Assembly (NCBI GenBank): GCA_034520665.1
Contig: JAXHNJ010000001.1
Coordinates: 130,579-194,578, forward strand
DNA from: Patescibacteria group bacterium
GTDB lineage: Bacteria > Patescibacteriota > Patescibacteriia > JAXHNJ01
Direction of reading: 5' to 3'
Length of the DNA: 64,000 nucleotides
The position numbers and the translations under genes are program-made. This document shows, in pieces, positions 18,762 to 28,153 of this stretch. The first letter of the stretch is position 1, and each line of letters opens with the position of its first letter. A model generated the notes under the pieces. The model searched no databases. It was not told where the DNA came from and worked only from the letters and a program-made list of their open reading frames with translations.

Positions 18762-19136
18762 TCCCAGTTTTTTATTTAGGTTCGGCGCTGAAAGGTCTAT
18801 CTTAGCCAAAAAAGCAGAACCAATCTTCTAAAGTTGATCTATTAAATTTGATTTGATAACCCTTCATAAACTAAAATGTGGATTTTTTGTATTTGACATC
18901 AAATTTATGATAATTTAAACTAATAGTATACATTAATGCTTACTATTAGTTTATATATATAAAAAACTTGATTTTGAAAATTTATAAGGCACACCAGCCA
19001 GGACATTTTATAGCAGCTCTTCAGAAAAAACTAGCAAAAGAAGATATAAATATTACTTTCTTGGGAATAAATAGAAGGGGGACAAAGAGCTCTCTGAGGA
19101 GATTAGATAATCTTTTGAAGAAAATATAAATATAGA

Positions 19137-19165
19137 GCCGTTGTTTTAAACGACGGCTTTTTTAT
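19137..19165 (+). terminator. Hairpin plus T-tract, intrinsic-terminator-like, 15 nt upstream of the DUF523 start
   Basis: agccgttgtttt-aa-acgacggct followed by tttttat. Confidence 0.45.
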
Positions 19166-19179
19166 CATATAATTTTGAT

Positions 19180-19614
19180 ATGAATAATAAATGCAAACCA
19201 AAATTAATAAGTGCCTGTCTTTTGGGTATTAAATGCCGGTGGGATGCAAAATTTAAACCTTGCCAAAAAGCAATTGAATTATTTAAACAAGGCCAGGTTA
19301 TTCCCGTATGCCCGGAACAATTAGGAGGTTTGCCTACTCCTAGAATTCCCCAGGAGATTCAAAAAGACGGCAGAGTATTAAATAAAGAAGGGAGAGAAGT
19401 AACGGAGGAATTTAAAAAGGGAGCTAGCGAAACCTTAAGAATAGCCAAATTATTAGGAGTGAAAGAATTCATTGGTAAGTCAAAAAGTCCTTCTTGTGGT
19501 TTTGGCAAGACTTATGATGGTACTTTTTCGGGTACTTTAGTAAAAGGTAACGGAGTTACAGCAGATCTTTTATCTAAAAATGGTATAAAAGTAATAACGG
19601 AAAAAAATTTATAA
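19180..19614 (+). CDS. DUF523 family protein (YbbK/TudS-like)
   Basis: ISACLLGIKCRWDAK...VIPVCPEQLGGLPTPR...SPSCG matches the DUF523 Cys pattern. Confidence 0.65.
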   Translation: MNNKCKPKLISACLLGIKCRWDAKFKPCQKAIELFKQGQVIPVCPEQLGGLPTPRIPQEIQKDGRVLNKEGREVTEEFKKGASETLRIAKLLGVKEFIGKSKSPSCGFGKTYDGTFSGTLVKGNGVTADLLSKNGIKVITEKNL

Positions 19615-19619
19615 GGAAA

Positions 19620-20107
19620 TCATTACTCCTGGTGTCTGGGGTCCTCTTGTACTTCTTTTCAGTTTAGTTATTTACGAACCTCTGAAAAATTACTTCGAAA
19701 ATCTTGCCAACAAATACTTCTTTGCCAGTATTTACAACTACCAGGCTACTCTGGAAAAACTGGCCCAGGAACTGACTCATTCTATTGACTTAGACCAAAT
19801 CATTGACTCCATTGTCAAAACTATTAGAGAAACCATGAAACTGGACCGGACTGGTGTTTTATTATTTGACCAAGAAACCTATAATTACCAGGTTAAGAGT
19901 AATATTGGCTTTTCCGTAGCCAATGGTATTTCTCTAGTTAGAAATAACTTCCTCACTAATTATTTATTAAAAAAAAGAAAACCAGTTATTTACCAAGAAC
20001 TGGAGTCTTTAAAAAGTAACGGCCATGGTGATCGCTCAGAGATTGGCAAGCTTAAGGCTAATATGAAAAAAATTGAAGCGGCTTTGTGTTTGCCTTTGGT
20101 TAAATAA
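19620..20107 (+). pseudogene. Duplicated internal fragment (~490 bp) of the sensor histidine kinase gene; copy of 28940..29427
   Basis: Nucleotide alignment is colinear with high identity by eye (roughly 85-90%). ORF 19835..20107 translates to MKLDRTGVLLFDQETYNYQVKSNIGFSVANGISLVRNNFLTNYLL..., nearly identical to residues of the 28150..30420 protein. Confidence 0.8.
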
Positions 20108-20157
20108 TAAATAGTTTAAAGAGTTTTATTTTAGAAAAAAATTATCCTTTTTACTTT

Positions 20158-20185
20158 TGTAAAAAGAGGCATTTTATGGTATAAT
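20158..20185 (+). promoter_or_regulatory. Sigma70-like promoter with extended -10 (TTGTAA, 16 nt spacer, tgGTATAAT) upstream of the first cassette
   Basis: Same ttatggtataat motif as the promoter at 12751. Located 43 nt before ORF 20228. Confidence 0.45.
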
Positions 20186-20227
20186 TTTAATAACTAAATT
20201 ATACTCATTTTTTTCTTATACAATATA

Positions 20228-21613
20228 ATGGCTCAAGGGTTAAAAAATAAAAAAATATTAATACTTGGAGGCACAGGTTTGGTTGGTAAAAATACGGTTA
20301 CCGTTCTTTTAGATCAAAAAGTTAAAAATATTGGAGTGGTTGGCTTAAAAAATGATAAGAATTGGAAATTTATTGAAAAAATTGAAAGAGATAAAAAGGT
20401 AAAGATAAAGAAATATAAAAATAATCTATTGTGGCCGTCATGGTTTAGTCAATCTTCTTTTAAAAAAAATACTAAGCAAAGTAATGTCCAATTAAAAAAT
20501 TTTCTTGCTTCCGATATAAAAAAGGATGAGGTTAAAAAAGAACCTCTCTATAAAATTATCCTTGATTTTTGTCCTGACTATATTATTGACAGTATAAATA
20601 CTCCTACCCAATGTTCTTATGCCAAGTTTTCATCAAGTATTATAGAGGGTATAGGAATGGGTTCTCTTCTTCTGCTTCGATACTATAAGATTTTATATCA
20701 TCTACTAAGCTATGATTTTTGGAAAAAGGAAAGAAAAAAAATTAATATTTCACAATACATAAAAATTGGTACGACCGGCATCGGTGGTATGGGTTTAGAT
20801 ATTCCCTTTACACACGGCGAAGAAAAGCCGTCACTTTCTCTCTTAAAAAAAGTGGCCCTGGCCGGTTCACAGACAAATATTTTATTTGCCATGCGTAATA
20901 GTCACAGAATTGCCAATATACAAGAGATTATTCCGACAACCTCTGTTTTTCAACTTACCGACTTTAATACCAGTCATAAGGAAATTGACGGCGGTGAAAG
21001 TCAGGGATACGCACTTGAAGAATTTCGTTTATTAACAAATCAGAGTCAAATGGGTGTTATTGACGCCCATGAGCTGGCGGAAATTATCATAAAAGCGCTG
21101 CAAAAAGGAAAAAGTCCTTATAACACTCTTGAGGCTCTGGCCCAGTCAGGAGTTGCCTGTTCAGATAAATCATTAAAAATGCGTTCTCGCATCCTTGATT
21201 CTTGGTGGCAAAAACAAAATAAAAGCGCCAAAGTAAGCGTGGCGCACGGAAATCTCGGTCCAAAACGAACTCGCAAACTTTTATTTGAACTTTTTATTTT
21301 ACTTGATTATTACCGTGTGAACAGAAAAGATTTTTGGCGTCTTTCACCACGGAAAATTCAAAAGCAAATTAAAGACAAAATTTCAAAAAACTCTTCATTA
21401 AAAGAAGAAATAAGGTTAGCCGATATGCGAGTATTGACTTCACCTCCCAAAAAACCCTCTGATAAATATATTGATCTCTCTACTAAAAACATAACAAAAT
21501 GGCGGAAAGCACTGCAGTCATTGGGGTTGGAGAAGAAAGATATTCCTGCCCAGGCCGGAGATATACTCTCACAATTAATTAAAAAATATCATGAGCTTAA
21601 GCATATACCATAA
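20228..21613 (+). CDS. NAD(P)-binding Rossmann-fold protein of unknown function; first gene of cassette 1
   Basis: N-terminal KKILILGGTGLVGKNTV is a GxxGxxG dinucleotide-binding motif. A second Gly-rich motif is IGTTGIGGMGLD. The last ~62 aa are duplicated as a stand-alone ORF at 24502..24690. Confidence 0.5.
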   Translation: MAQGLKNKKILILGGTGLVGKNTVTVLLDQKVKNIGVVGLKNDKNWKFIEKIERDKKVKIKKYKNNLLWPSWFSQSSFKKNTKQSNVQLKNFLASDIKKDEVKKEPLYKIILDFCPDYIIDSINTPTQCSYAKFSSSIIEGIGMGSLLLLRYYKILYHLLSYDFWKKERKKINISQYIKIGTTGIGGMGLDIPFTHGEEKPSLSLLKKVALAGSQTNILFAMRNSHRIANIQEIIPTTSVFQLTDFNTSHKEIDGGESQGYALEEFRLLTNQSQMGVIDAHELAEIIIKALQKGKSPYNTLEALAQSGVACSDKSLKMRSRILDSWWQKQNKSAKVSVAHGNLGPKRTRKLLFELFILLDYYRVNRKDFWRLSPRKIQKQIKDKISKNSSLKEEIRLADMRVLTSPPKKPSDKYIDLSTKNITKWRKALQSLGLEKKDIPAQAGDILSQLIKKYHELKHIP

Positions 21614-21668
21614 AAGTAATTTTATACTATGGGATTAATTTATTAGCTTATTTTTTATTTTTATATTT

Positions 21669-23225
21669 ATGATTAAAAAAAGTGACATATTCAAATTAAT
21701 TTATAGAAACTCATATAAGGATTTTATCAACTTTTATAATTTGTCTTCAGATAAGTTTTTTAATTTTTTAGTTACTGAATCTCCAGAAAAAATTGAAGAT
21801 TTAGGGCAAAAAATGGCCTTGAAGTTATTTCGCAAAGCCTCAAAGGAAGTGCCATCTTACAATAAGTTTTTAAAAGATAAGGCCTTTAATACTAAAAACA
21901 TTATAACAAAAAAAGAATTTAGCTCTTTACCTATTACTACCAAAAAAAATTATCTCAAGAAGTATGATTTAAATGATTTTTGTTGGAGTGGCAGTTTCCA
22001 GCAGATGAATTTAATTTCAGTAAGTTCCGGATCTACAGGCGAACCATTTTTTTGGCCGAGAGGTTTAGGTCTGGAATATGAAACGACGCTCGAATACGAA
22101 ATTATTCTTAAAAACTTTTTTAAGGCAGATAAAAATAAGACTCTATTTATTGTCGGCTACGCTATGGGAATGTATGTTGCCGGTGTATTTACACTCAATA
22201 GCTTGATGAATTTAATAAAAAAAGGATATCCGCTAACGGCTGTAACTCCTGGTTCTGATAGAGATTCGATACTACGAATTATTAAAAATATTGGTAAATA
22301 TTTTGATCAAGTTATAATTTCAGCTTACCCAGCTGTGCTAAAAGATGTGATTGATAAAGGAGTAAAAGAGAATTTAGGATGGGAAAAATATAATATTAAA
22401 TTTATCTCTGGTGGAGAGGGTTTCAGCGAAGAATTCAGAAAATATATTTATAAAAGAATTGGGGTAAAAAACTATTATAAAAGTTCGATTAACACTTACG
22501 GTTCAGCTGACGCTGCGATTCTTGGCCATGAAACGCCTTTATCAATTTACATTAGAAAACTCGTCTCGGAAAATAAAGAACTACGTAAAGCTTTGTTTAA
22601 AGACGAAAGACTACCCTCATTACTTCAATATTACCCTCCATTTAAATATTTTGAGGAAATTGATGGAAATTTAATTTTCACTACATACGGCGGTATTCCA
22701 TTAGTCAGATATTCTATTGGGGATACTGGAGGTGTTATTTCTTTTAATAAAATGACTGAAACACTGAAAAACTTTAATATTAATATTATAAAAGAAATGA
22801 CAAAAAATAAATGTGGAGATGTTATTACTCGACTACCTTTTGTTTACTTATTTGGCAGAGCAGATAATACAAAAATATTTTACGGGGCAAATATTTATCC
22901 GGAACATATCAAAAAATGTCTTGAACAGAAAGATATCATGCATATAGTTACTGGAAAATACTTTATTGACATCCTACTTGACAGAAATCATAATCAGACT
23001 TTTTATGTGGCTGTTGAATTAGCTCACGGTATAAAAATAAACAAGAAATTAAAAAATAAAATAGCTAATACTATACATCATAATTTGCTTAAAATTAATC
23101 GTGAATATGAATATCTTCTGCGTACAGTCGGTCATCGTATTTTTCCCTCGGTAGAATTATTTACCTATGGTGACCCAAAATATTTTTCATCAAAAATAAA
23201 GCCAGAATATGTCAAAAAAGAATAA
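21669..23225 (+). CDS. Adenylate-forming enzyme, PaaK / coenzyme F390 synthetase / CapK-like (ANL superfamily); cassette 1
   Basis: ISVSSGSTGEPFFWPR (AMP-binding P-loop-like motif), ...YGSADAAILGHETP..., ...VRYSIGDTGGV.... About 45% identical to the paralog at 25518..27086. Confidence 0.65.
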   Translation: MIKKSDIFKLIYRNSYKDFINFYNLSSDKFFNFLVTESPEKIEDLGQKMALKLFRKASKEVPSYNKFLKDKAFNTKNIITKKEFSSLPITTKKNYLKKYDLNDFCWSGSFQQMNLISVSSGSTGEPFFWPRGLGLEYETTLEYEIILKNFFKADKNKTLFIVGYAMGMYVAGVFTLNSLMNLIKKGYPLTAVTPGSDRDSILRIIKNIGKYFDQVIISAYPAVLKDVIDKGVKENLGWEKYNIKFISGGEGFSEEFRKYIYKRIGVKNYYKSSINTYGSADAAILGHETPLSIYIRKLVSENKELRKALFKDERLPSLLQYYPPFKYFEEIDGNLIFTTYGGIPLVRYSIGDTGGVISFNKMTETLKNFNINIIKEMTKNKCGDVITRLPFVYLFGRADNTKIFYGANIYPEHIKKCLEQKDIMHIVTGKYFIDILLDRNHNQTFYVAVELAHGIKINKKLKNKIANTIHHNLLKINREYEYLLRTVGHRIFPSVELFTYGDPKYFSSKIKPEYVKKE

Positions 23226-24372
23226 TTTCTACAAACCACTATTACTTAACCCAAGAAGTAAAAATAACTTAGGAAAAATAAATAAGTTTTTAAAGACAGC
23301 AAATTTTATAGTGGATGAAATTGATAATCAAATATCTGAACTTTTTTATATCCGTCATCCAAAATCAATATTTAGAAAAGTAAAAAAGTCTGAACTGTCA
23401 AATTTTAGAAAATCATTTTATGAACAACAAGATAAAAAATTATTTGGTACTTGGGTATATTACCCCTGGAATAATCATCTTGTCCATTTTTTACCGGAGA
23501 GTTTACATACAGAAATTAGAACCTCCCGTAATAGGAATCTAATAACCAAAAAGGAACAAGAAAAATTTTATAATGCATCAATAGCAATAGCTGGTTTGAG
23601 CGTAGGTAATAGTTCGGTCGCTAATCTTCTGTATTCAGGAGGGCCGAAGAATATGCACTTAGCGGATTACGACCATTTAGCGGCTTCAAACATAAATAGA
23701 ATTAGAACTACTTTTATTAATGTGGGAAAGAAAAAAACTGATCTGAGTGCACAAGAAGTTTACGAGGTTAACCCATATAGTAATTTAAAATTATTCAGAA
23801 ATGGCCTCAATATAAAAAATCTAGATAATTTTCTATTAAAACCAAGATCAGTTGATGTTTTAATAGAAGAAATGGATAATTTATACTTAAAAGTACAAAT
23901 AAGACTTTTAGCTCGCAAACATCGCATCCCAGTTATTATGGCAGCAGATAATGGAGATAATATTATTGTAGACATAGAAAGGTTTGATTTAGAACCGAAT
24001 CGACCGCTTTTACACGGTGATGTACCAGAGAAAGAATTACTAGCAATTACGCCGGAAACGCCAAAAATTGAAGCGGCAAGAATTATTTCTCGTTGGGTGC
24101 ATCCCGAAAATGTGGTACCAAGAATGCAAGGTTCTCTTTTGGAAATTGGAAAGTCTCTTTATACCTGGCCACAACTCGGGAACGCCGCTTTTTTAGCTGG
24201 ATGTGCAATGTCCTATTTAGCCAGAAAAATAATTTTGGAAGAATCTCTTAAGTCAGGCAAATTCAACCTTTCTCTAGACCACGTTCTAAATCCAGAATAT
24301 CAATCAAAAGATTTTCTTTTAAAGAAAAAAAAATCAACAAATGAATTTAAAAAGGTGTTAAATATACCATAA
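23209..24372 (+). CDS. ThiF/MoeB/E1-like (ubiquitin-activating-enzyme superfamily) protein with a ~110-aa conserved N-terminal extension; cassette 1
   Basis: IAIAGLSVGNSSVANLL (Rossmann GxGxxG-like) ...DYDHLAASNINRI is the E1-like nucleotide-binding core. The N-terminal W.YPWN..LVH.L...IRTSRNR.LIT..EQE is shared with the paralog. Overlaps the upstream gene by 17 nt. Confidence 0.65.
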   Translation: MSKKNNFYKPLLLNPRSKNNLGKINKFLKTANFIVDEIDNQISELFYIRHPKSIFRKVKKSELSNFRKSFYEQQDKKLFGTWVYYPWNNHLVHFLPESLHTEIRTSRNRNLITKKEQEKFYNASIAIAGLSVGNSSVANLLYSGGPKNMHLADYDHLAASNINRIRTTFINVGKKKTDLSAQEVYEVNPYSNLKLFRNGLNIKNLDNFLLKPRSVDVLIEEMDNLYLKVQIRLLARKHRIPVIMAADNGDNIIVDIERFDLEPNRPLLHGDVPEKELLAITPETPKIEAARIISRWVHPENVVPRMQGSLLEIGKSLYTWPQLGNAAFLAGCAMSYLARKIILEESLKSGKFNLSLDHVLNPEYQSKDFLLKKKKSTNEFKKVLNIP

Positions 24373-24423
24373 TGGACCTATATCTTCTTATTATTATAAG
24401 TCTCTTTAATTTCTGGTTAGGAA

Positions 24424-24690
24424 TAGCGGAAAATTCAAAAGCAAATTAAAGACAAAATTTCAAAAAACCCTTCATTAAAAGAAGAAATAAGGTTAGCCGA
24501 TATGCGAGTATTGACTTCACCTCCCAAAAAACCCTCTGATAAATATATTGATCTCTCTACTAAAAACATAGCAAAATGGCGGAAAGCACTGCAGTCATTG
24601 GGGTTGGAGAAGAAAGATATTCCTGCCCAGGCCGGAGATATACTCTCACAATTAATTAAAAAATATCATGAGCTTCGAACCATTCCTTAA
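24424..24690 (+). pseudogene. Duplicated 3' fragment (~265 bp) of gene 20228..21613 (copy of 21353..21613); contains stand-alone ORF 24502..24690
   Basis: Near-identical nucleotide sequence. The ORF translates to MRVLTSPPKKPSDKYIDLSTKNIAKWRKALQSLGLEKKDIPAQAGDILSQLIKKYHELRTIP, against ...MRVLTSPPKKPSDKYIDLSTKNITKW...HELKHIP at the C-terminus of the 461-aa protein. Confidence 0.75.
24502..24690 (+). CDS. Stand-alone 62-aa ORF corresponding to the C-terminal module of the cassette-1 Rossmann protein
   Basis: Own ATG, with a possible weak RBS (aagg, about 10 nt upstream). Intact frame despite being a duplicated fragment. It sits between the two cassettes. Confidence 0.4.
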   Translation: MRVLTSPPKKPSDKYIDLSTKNIAKWRKALQSLGLEKKDIPAQAGDILSQLIKKYHELRTIP

Positions 24691-24727
24691 AATTTATTAA
24701 TTTTAATAAGCAATTAATCGAATAATT

Positions 24728-25531
24728 ATGGAATACAAAATCAAAAAAGACTGGTGGAAAAGCCAAGGTGGTTATTTTAATAATATCTACCTTGAGGGAG
24801 ATAATTCATCGGAAGGATTTTTAAATTCACCTCTTGATTTAGACAATAGAACAAAAAAAGAAAGCGAGGGAGTGCAAAGACTCTGCTGTTTAAATAAAGG
24901 CGACAAGATTTTAGATTGCCCTTCAGGATATGGAAGACATTCATTAACTCTTGCGGCTATGGGCTTTGATGTGGTGGGAGCGGATATTAATGAGCAATTT
25001 TTAGCAGTTGCTAATAAAGGTTTACAGAAAGCAAAATTACCCAATATACGCTTTATAAAGAAAGATATGCGGGAATTGGATTTTAAAAATGAATTTAACG
25101 CGGTTATTAATATGTTTTATTCTTTTGGTTTTTTTGAAGATGAAACCGATAACGTAAAAGCACTCAAAAATTTTTATGCCGTATTGAAACCGGGTGGTAA
25201 ATTTTTAATGCATACGCATGTTACTGTACCGAAATTCATGAAGGGATTAATAAAAACTCATGAAATCAGAACCTTAAAAACAGAAAAAAAACTTGAATTA
25301 TTTAGACAGTATAATAAAGCAATTAAGCGTGAAGAAGGTCAATGGTTTTTATTGGATGGAAAAATAAAAAAGGAAGCCAGCGCTCCATACTCCATGAGAA
25401 TTTATACTGACAAAGAATTTCAGACCTTATGTAAAAATGTTGGCTTTACGAAAGTTAAAATATATGGTGACTGGGATGGTACTGAATATAAAGATAAGTC
25501 TGAACTAATGATTGTAGTTGCGACAAAATAA
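24728..25531 (+). CDS. Class I SAM-dependent methyltransferase; first gene of cassette 2
   Basis: ILDCPSGYGRHSLTLAAMG (motif I), DVVGADIN (motif II acidic), FNAVINMFYSFGFF, LKPGGKF (motif III). Confidence 0.8.
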   Translation: MEYKIKKDWWKSQGGYFNNIYLEGDNSSEGFLNSPLDLDNRTKKESEGVQRLCCLNKGDKILDCPSGYGRHSLTLAAMGFDVVGADINEQFLAVANKGLQKAKLPNIRFIKKDMRELDFKNEFNAVINMFYSFGFFEDETDNVKALKNFYAVLKPGGKFLMHTHVTVPKFMKGLIKTHEIRTLKTEKKLELFRQYNKAIKREEGQWFLLDGKIKKEASAPYSMRIYTDKEFQTLCKNVGFTKVKIYGDWDGTEYKDKSELMIVVATK

Positions 25532-27086
25532 TATGATTTTAGATAAAAATAAAATTTATAAAAATTTGTTTTCTCTAAAAGACTGGGGTACTTATTACGG
25601 AAGCGACATAAATCGTATTTCTAAAAGCCTTGTCCAGGCTAATCCCGAAATCTTTGAGGAAGAAAGTAAAAATCGCGCTTTAACATTTTTTCGTCGGGTA
25701 AGCTCTCAGGTTCCAGCCTATAAAGATTTTTTGAAAAAGAATAATATTGATCCTGAAAAAATAAAAACCGCCAGTGATTTAAAGCAAGTTCCATGGATCG
25801 ATAAAGAGAATTATTTAAAGCAATATCCGATGGAATCTCTTTGTTGGCATGGGAAAATGACCGCCCCTATTATTTCGGCTAGTTCTGGTTCTACAGGTAA
25901 TCCATTTTTCTGGCCACGGTCTCCTGAAATAGAAAGAGAAACCACTTTTATCTATGAGCTTTTTTTAAAGGAGATATTTGAGATTAACAAATATAAAACA
26001 CTTCTAATAAATGGTTTTTCACTTGGTATTTACATTGGTGGAACATTCACTCTTAACTGTTCGATGAGGATCTCGCAGAAGGCATATCCATTGACAATAA
26101 TTACTCCGGGAATCAATAAAAATGAGATATTAAATTCTATTAAGAAACTACATCGGTATTTTGATCAGATAATAATAAGTGGCTACCCTCCTTTTATTAG
26201 AGATATTATTGATGATGGTCAAAAAATGGGTATCAACTGGAAAAAAATTAGATTAAAATTTTTTTTCGCCTCGGAATCTTTAAGTGAAGAATTTAGATCT
26301 TATATTTATAACAAAGTGGGTATTAGCGATAAGAGTTACTACTATTCATCAATGAATCTTTATGGTACTGCTGACGCAGCTATTATGGGTCATGAAACTC
26401 CCTTAAGTACATTTGTGAGAAGACTTTTTAGCAATAACAAAGATAAATGTAAAGAATATTTTGGAACAGATTATGTGCCGTCTCTTAATCAATATTATCC
26501 AATGTTTAAATATATAGAAATTGATAATAATGAAATTATTCTTACATCTTTTAACACAGAGATTCCTTTAGTACGTTACAATATTCATGATCGAGGAAAA
26601 GTGTTAACTTATCATAAGATAATTAAGCTCATAGAGTCATTTGGTTACACAGAAAAAAAGGCAGAAAAAATTACCGGAAGATGTTTTTGGCACTTACCTT
26701 ATGTCTACTTATTTGGCAGAAGTGATTTTACAGTAACTGTTTATGGTCTTAATATTTATCCAGAAAATATTAAATTAGCTCTAGAATCAAAAGAATTAAT
26801 TAGTTTAACCACGGGGAAATTTGTGTTAGAAACAGCAAATAGAGCCAGTGATCAGAGTCAATACTTATTAATTCACATAGAAATTTTGAAAGATATTCCA
26901 ATTAATAAAGAATTAGAGAAAAAGTTCCGAGAAATAATTGTTAAATCTTTAAGAAAAGTCAATTTGGAATACAATCATTTATATCAGGCAATTAAGGAAC
27001 GAGCTATTCCTAAAATTGACTTGAGAAAACAAGGAGACAAAACTTATTTCGCGCCGGCAATTAAACAAAAATGGGTAAAAAATTAA
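25518..27086 (+). CDS. Adenylate-forming enzyme, PaaK/CoF390-synthetase-like (paralog of 21669..23225); cassette 2
   Basis: ISASSGSTGNPFFWPR, YGTADAAIMGHETP, VRYNIHDRGKV. Overlaps the upstream MTase gene by 14 nt. Confidence 0.65.
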   Translation: MRQNNMILDKNKIYKNLFSLKDWGTYYGSDINRISKSLVQANPEIFEEESKNRALTFFRRVSSQVPAYKDFLKKNNIDPEKIKTASDLKQVPWIDKENYLKQYPMESLCWHGKMTAPIISASSGSTGNPFFWPRSPEIERETTFIYELFLKEIFEINKYKTLLINGFSLGIYIGGTFTLNCSMRISQKAYPLTIITPGINKNEILNSIKKLHRYFDQIIISGYPPFIRDIIDDGQKMGINWKKIRLKFFFASESLSEEFRSYIYNKVGISDKSYYYSSMNLYGTADAAIMGHETPLSTFVRRLFSNNKDKCKEYFGTDYVPSLNQYYPMFKYIEIDNNEIILTSFNTEIPLVRYNIHDRGKVLTYHKIIKLIESFGYTEKKAEKITGRCFWHLPYVYLFGRSDFTVTVYGLNIYPENIKLALESKELISLTTGKFVLETANRASDQSQYLLIHIEILKDIPINKELEKKFREIIVKSLRKVNLEYNHLYQAIKERAIPKIDLRKQGDKTYFAPAIKQKWVKN

Positions 27087-28153
27087 TCAACAATAAAATA
27101 CAAGATAAATTCAAGGTTTTTAGTTATCAAAAATCTCGTAATATAATTGAAAAAATCAGCAAAATAAAGGGTGTTAAAATAATTGATGAGTTTGATGAGC
27201 AGATAATTGAATTGTATAAATTTTTTAATCCGGGGGTATCTTTTAATCAAGCTCAGTATAATTTATTCAAGAAAAAATATTTTTCTAAAAGATCGTCAAA
27301 AGAGAAGGGAAGATGGATCTGGTATCCATGGAACAAAAGTCTGGTTCACCTTTTGTCGCCGAAGGATTTTCAGAGAATTCGTACTTCAAGAAATAGATAT
27401 CTCATTACTGATCAGGAGCAAGAAGAATATCGAAAAGCATGTGTGGCTATTGCCGGGGTTTCTGTAGGGTCAAACATTGCGATAACACTGCGTTTACAAG
27501 GAGGCGCCCAACATCTCAAACTTTCAGATTTTGATATATTAGAACTTTCAAATACAAATCGGATAACGTTAGGAGTGCCTTATCTTGGAGAGGAGAAAAT
27601 TGATATTGTTAAACAAAAAATATTAGAAATTGATCCATACACAAAGCTATCTTTATTTCCAAAGGGTTTAAATTCAAATAATATAAGACAATTTTGTCAG
27701 GGATCAGACATTGTTTTTGATGAGGTGGACAATTTACAAATTAAAGTACTTTTACGAAAATATGCCCGTAAATTTAAAAAACCGCTAATTATGCTTACTG
27801 ATAATGATGACGGAGTGTTGGTTGATTATTACCCATATCATAAGAAAATAGATGTCCCATTATTTCACGGTTTACCTGATAATAAAGTACTCAATTTGAT
27901 TAATGCTAAAAAACCTCCAACAAAATCAGAAATGGTTAAGCTAAGTTCTCAAGTAGTTGGTAAGCAAAATATTTCTCCGAGAATGATGAAATCTCTTAAA
28001 GCGGTAGGCAAGACACTTGTATCATGGCCTCAATTAGGTACTGCGGCTATTTTTTCCGGTGTTATTGGTGCTTATATGACCCGGATGATTATTAATGGGT
28101 ATGATTTTCGCTTTCGCCGGCGATTGATTCGTTTAAATGATCAACTTATATGA
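27071..28153 (+). CDS. ThiF/MoeB/E1-like protein (paralog of 23209..24372); cassette 2
   Basis: VAIAGVSVGSNIAITLRLQGG...LSDFDILELSNTNRI is a classic ThiF-family motif. The N-terminal W.YPWN.SLVHLL...IRTSRNRYLIT extension is conserved. Overlaps its neighbours by 16 nt and 4 nt. Confidence 0.7.
   Translation: MGKKLINNKIQDKFKVFSYQKSRNIIEKISKIKGVKIIDEFDEQIIELYKFFNPGVSFNQAQYNLFKKKYFSKRSSKEKGRWIWYPWNKSLVHLLSPKDFQRIRTSRNRYLITDQEQEEYRKACVAIAGVSVGSNIAITLRLQGGAQHLKLSDFDILELSNTNRITLGVPYLGEEKIDIVKQKILEIDPYTKLSLFPKGLNSNNIRQFCQGSDIVFDEVDNLQIKVLLRKYARKFKKPLIMLTDNDDGVLVDYYPYHKKIDVPLFHGLPDNKVLNLINAKKPPTKSEMVKLSSQVVGKQNISPRMMKSLKAVGKTLVSWPQLGTAAIFSGVIGAYMTRMIINGYDFRFRRRLIRLNDQLI

Noticed and set aside
19137-19165. 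Attenuator/riboswitch upstream of the DUF523 gene
   Set aside because: Only a single hairpin plus a T-tract is visible, with no recognisable aptamer or leader peptide. It is kept as a low-confidence terminator feature rather than a regulatory finding.
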